From Macrostomum hystrix (Eukaryota > Animalia > Platyhelminthes), in assembly GCA_950097015.1 (NCBI GenBank), contig CATNEN010000007.1, positions 3,348,001-3,412,000 on the forward strand: a DNA stretch of 64,000 nt, read 5' to 3'. A model generated the notes under the pieces. It searched no databases and was not told the origin of the DNA. It was given only the letters and a program-made list of their open reading frames with translations. Position 1 is the first letter of the stretch. The number at the start of each line of letters is the position of its first letter. The position numbers and the translations under genes were made by a program. Below are positions 61,701 through 64,000 of this stretch, piece by piece.

Positions 61701-64000
61701 GTTTCTGCCGATCGCGATCGATCTCTTTGCCCATCTCGACCTGCGAGTCGGTTGGCGCGGTTGCTTTTGCATTAAAATAATAGATATTATAAGTATATAG
61801 TCTAGTCTAAACAGGACAAAGACCTAGTCTAATTAGGACAAAGACCGAGTCTAATTAGGACAAAGACCGAGTTTAATTAGGACAAAGACCTAGTCTAAAT
61901 ACGACAAAGACCTAGTCTAAAAATGACAATGACCTAGTCTAATTAGGAAAAAGACCCCGTCTGTATATAACAAAGACCTAGCCATTGCATAACAAATGAT
62001 CTCTAGAAAACAATGTCCAGGTCTATATAAAGCCAGATAATTTTTATCTGGGTGTCCCAAAACAAAATGCCCCTACGCTCGACTCACCAGCAACGGGTCG
62101 CCTCCATTGTTTTCTTGGCTAGCCAAGAAGAATATAATGTCTCCTAGCAGGTTGGTAAGAAATTTTCTATCGTTAGGTGCCATGCCGAAGCGTTCCAGCT
62201 TGCGCACTAGCAGGTTCAGATAGCGGGCCGAGTCGGTGGCGAAGTCCAAGTCGCGAACCTCCTGAGGCGAGACCTGGCGGCGTAAAGGCGATATAGAATG
62301 TTTATCCTATGGATATTGGAATCTTAGGGATTTTGGAATCTTAGGGATATTGGAATCTTAAGGATATTGGAATCTTAAGGATATTGGAATCTTAGGGATA
62401 TTGGAATCTTAAGGATATTGGAATCTTAAGGATATTGGAATCTTAGGGATTTTGGAATCTTAGGGATATTGGAATCTTAGGGATATTGGAATCTTAGGGA
62501 TATTGGAATCTTAGGGATATTGGAATCTTAGGGATATTGGAATCTTAGGGATATTGGAATCTTAAGGATATTGGAATCTTAGGGATTTTGGAATCTTAGG
62601 GATATTGGAATCTTAAGGATATTGGAATCTTAGGGATATTGGAATCTTAAGGATATTGGAATCTTAGGGATTTTGGAATCTTAGGGATGTTGGAATCTTA
62701 TGGATATTGGAATCTTAGGGATTTTGGAATCTTAGGGATATTGGAATCTTAAGGATATTGGAATCTTAGGGATATTAGAATCTTAAGGATATTGGAATCT
62801 TAAGGATATTGGAATCTTAGGGATTTTGGAATCTTAGGGATATTGGAATCTTAGGGATATTGGAATCTTAGGGATTTTGGAATCTTAGGGATATTGGAAT
62901 CTTAGGGATATTGGAATCTTAAGGATATTGGAATCTTAGGGATATTGGAATCTTAAGGATATTGGAATCTTAGGGATTTTGGAATCTTAGGGATATTGGA
63001 ATCTTAGGGATATTGGAATCTTAAGGATATTGGAATCTTAAGGATATTGGAATCTTAGGGATTTTGGAATCTTAGGGATATTAAAATCCTGGAAATATTG
63101 AACTCTTGGGATATTTGAATACTCAAATTAAAGTATTTTCTATAATAATTTTGTTATTATCTAGTGATCAAGATACTCTTGAAGGTTAGAACACAAAAGC
63201 AAAACCTGCTATAATATAACTAAACAATAAATTTAACGAGGATACTAAATGAGATTTTTGGAGAAAAAACACATGCGCCATTGTGTAGGAAAATGAAAAC
63301 CTATAAGGCCAACCGCTAAAAAATACTAACGAGACAAAGTGGCATTATGAATTGAACATATTTTCAAGATATTTTCTACACCAAAAAACTATTATTATCA
63401 AGCGCAAAAATGCAAATCTAATAAAATGAAATGAAGAAAAAGAAAAACAAATGTTTTCGAGGAAATCAAATAAATAAAATTTAATTAGGGTTCACACCTT
63501 ACCACAATCTCGATTCCTTAGGTGACTGGCTGAAAACATTTGTACAATAACATTTTTACCATGAAAATATGACCTGAGTTCAGCTTGAAGCAGTCCTAGA
63601 GGAACTTGCCTGAGCATGAAAATATGACCTGAGTTCAGCTTGAAGCAGTCCTAGAGGAACTTGCCTGAACATGAAAATATGACCTGATTTCAGCTTGAAG
63701 CAGTCCTAGAGGAACTTGCCTGAACAATGGCGAACGCTTCGTTATCCTCGCGCAGACTGGCGCAGCCAACTTTATTCATAACAGGCAAATCTTCGGCCTT
63801 ATCAATCGGTATACCGGTGGCGTGCACCCAGGTACCGGTGCACAGGTGTTTCAATCGGACGAAGCTAGACCTGGGCACCAGATTATCAGGCCTAGTAACT
63901 GAGGTTGGATCCAGCTCAAAGATGGAGCCGATATCGTGACCGTGAGGCACAAAGACCAGCTGGCACACGCCGCGGCTGGGGTCGCCTCTGAGTTTATTGC
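40760..64000 (-). CDS. ITPR1: Inositol 1,4,5-trisphosphate receptor (partial; N-terminal part beyond window end)
   Basis: Exons >=64000-63720, 62273-62088, 61740-61237, 61154-60984, 60581-60225, 58918-57995, 57705-57316, 56888-56313, 48468-47995, 46965-46399, 46319-45570, 44726-44262, 43314-43000 and 42679-40760 (all phase 0). Motifs: [56 protein letters not shown], pore [10 protein letters not shown], and Zn-finger CFICG...HNLWHY. The paralog number cannot be assigned. Confidence 0.98.
42770..43010. repeat. 35-bp repeat that includes the IP3R exon/intron junction
   Basis: atcgaacc recurs at 42818, 42853, 42888 (atcgaaca), 42923, 42958 and 42993, with a partial copy near 42787. The last copy overlaps the true donor. 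Confidence 0.9.
43390..44210. repeat. 33-bp minisatellite (caggcacctcagtattacaaccatctattcctt and variants)
   Basis: Tandem copies in an IP3R intron. Confidence 0.97.
44775..45415. repeat. 21-bp minisatellite (gatagagacttgatgatttag)
   Basis: Tandem copies in an IP3R intron. Confidence 0.97.
47030..47970. repeat. 13-bp minisatellite (ctagagatgtgtt)
   Basis: Tandem copies in an IP3R intron. Confidence 0.97.
48480..48939 (-). mobile_element. Body of a putative tRNA-derived SINE, split from its A-box by the TIR transposon
   Basis: B-box-like GAGCTCGATTCC (- strand) at 48903-48914. The A-box part lies at 56241-56260. The 3' extent is uncertain. Confidence 0.5.
49091..49387. repeat. Left subterminal 52-bp array (~6 units)
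   Basis: ccatgtgaccgttcactgtgaccgtattttgtgaccgttatgttcagggtca; the reverse complement of the right array. Confidence 0.97.
49647..50629 (+). pseudogene. Transposon ORF1, disrupted (reconstructs to ~327 aa; acidic EAAS repeat; possible transposase remnant)
   Basis: ATG at 49647 and an in-frame TAG at 49707-49709. A 1-nt deletion at ~50104 in the 12-bp gcgaagccgcca array shifts the frame; restoring it joins the track ORFs 49734..50297 and 50270..50629 without further stops. Confidence 0.6.
51211..51834 (+). CDS. Transposon ORF2, 207 aa, unknown function (LPENPVT repeats, C-terminal coiled coil)
   Basis: Intact GC-rich ORF in AT-rich surroundings, with an acceptor-like ttacagcag about 20 nt upstream of the ATG. 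Confidence 0.6.
   Translation: MSGNKPSDFISKNKWLSKSPSDQEMVRKSVGRPYQPRPPSGFQLECQEAAKKMQREIDKEREMIRIAGEAASRQCAKPFHGPWLSKRTPVTRGIPLFPADLSSASGTSTSYGTPAALSENPVTLPENPVTLPENPVTLPENPVTLPENPVTLPETSATQEDDLQRIKKDLQDRCAAALMRAEKELEEAGLLLDELNEYSRPPSPIFE
52739..54541 (+). CDS. Transposon ORF3, 600 aa, coiled coil plus putative C-terminal BEN domain
   Basis: Intact ORF with Ala-rich 20-aa repeats and [10 protein letters not shown] followed by a coiled coil. [47 protein letters not shown] matches the BEN pattern (L...vF..eEL...S.tG....k..Ld..k..aI). Confidence 0.75.
   Translation: MDAKKLRKSTATEQKSSSKNASNTMKKHVAFRAPIRKRKPASATAGASAASEGGGAVAADASATADASAATEGGDAAAADASATAGASAATEGGGAAAADASVTAGASAATKNGAAAAPAGPGTSATGASATAGKKVSGGPTACRYWVFEYAPEDGGQLGIYADKCIVTDGSVDPSRLSVDDEVTIKPGKTSSGKAYRVRVCKGPYRTKAAAEAGASACQAVQRPAGINLPNSCTTCQALRQEVLNLWTAAELAQQTADGYRESQGRQIEELNHRLDDAEYKRTAYKEKWEAAVIRIRELQCELEHAQSGVEHSRSGEGGAVAKYTVVLQDAVFSAIEVLQRAISTGISGMDVTVEDSTGVLGSSTAGSASAAASVGGVSAAASVPLLDDRELRAQIQLASAKQQKRAPETRALTARCPDVVVSAADYEQIKRAVSVYVKGGFSSTDGDKMLRTLYRAVFSTEELTTRSYTGRKTKKDGPPPKPEVSKKKKFAIKAFISGLKFPEEFPKKSYATIFKRTAFCAARKLKSPLKVTPSGRTGRNKGGRKEAGDEEGGGDLDRAKELDLDGGDVDAKEDDDSGDDDEAAASSDSSGNPSAEAK
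55149..56189. repeat. Right subterminal 52-bp array (~20 units)
   Basis: aaaatatggtcacagtgaacggtcacatggtgaccctgaacataacggtcac repeated with a 52-bp period. Confidence 0.98.
56241..56260 (-). other. tRNA A-box-like head of the split SINE
   Basis: The - strand reads GTGGCAGAACGGTCTAACGC, resembling a tRNA D-arm (GTGGCCGAGCGGTCTAAGGC). Confidence 0.5.
56950..57290. repeat. 30-bp minisatellite (tctgaggatctggggataattggagttgag)
   Basis: Degenerate tandem copies in an IP3R intron. Confidence 0.9.
57750..57965. repeat. 22-bp minisatellite (tgataccctccgatctgtcagt)
   Basis: Tandem copies in an IP3R intron. Confidence 0.96.
59010..60210. repeat. 28-bp minisatellite (ggatcagaaagcaaggacaaatcagaat)
   Basis: Tandem copies filling an IP3R intron; the unit has no stop codons on the + strand, hence the long spurious ORFs. 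Confidence 0.98.
60665..60930. repeat. 30-bp minisatellite (tctgaggatctgggagtgtggaagacctac)
   Basis: Tandem copies in an IP3R intron. Confidence 0.97.
61805..61985. repeat. ~22-bp degenerate repeat (aggacaaagacctagtctaatt)
   Basis: Tandem copies in an IP3R intron. Confidence 0.85.
62305..63110. repeat. 17-bp minisatellite (tagggatattggaatct)
   Basis: Tandem copies in an IP3R intron. Confidence 0.97.
63560..63725. repeat. 55-bp x3 repeat that includes the IP3R GC splice donor
   Basis: Copies at 63560-63614, 63615-63669 and 63670-63724; the last overlaps the exon end at 63720. Confidence 0.95.

Overview
Eukaryotic genomic DNA, not prokaryotic: GC-rich exons with GT-AG introns, most of which carry their own minisatellite. 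This architecture suggests a free-living flatworm such as Macrostomum; the taxon is an inference. I hand-spliced seven host genes. On the + strand are the 3' part of an RNI-like LRR gene (1-4454) and an IL-17/PTTH-like cystine-knot gene (9404-11694). On the - strand is a run of five genes: IP3 receptor (partial, from beyond 64000 to 40760), ENOX, CPSF2, URB1 and an STK33-like kinase. Mobile DNA includes a 3'-truncated Mag-type Ty3/Gypsy element flanked by a perfect 146-bp duplication. A 7.3-kb TIR transposon (CCCGT termini, ACC target-site duplication, 52-bp subterminal arrays) sits in an IP3R intron, carries three cargo ORFs including a BEN-like protein, and splits a tRNA-like SINE head. There are also two adjacent foldback/MITE-like elements. 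The best leads are: (1) URB1 has no visible ATG exon but has an in-frame acceptor, so it may take its start codon from the flatworm spliced leader's terminal AUG; (2) the cargo-carrying transposon, each of whose ORFs is preceded by a splice acceptor; (3) tandem arrays that duplicate IP3R splice donors, including a GC donor; (4) the divergent IL-17-like gene. Most long ORFs in the supplied track are artefacts of minisatellites.
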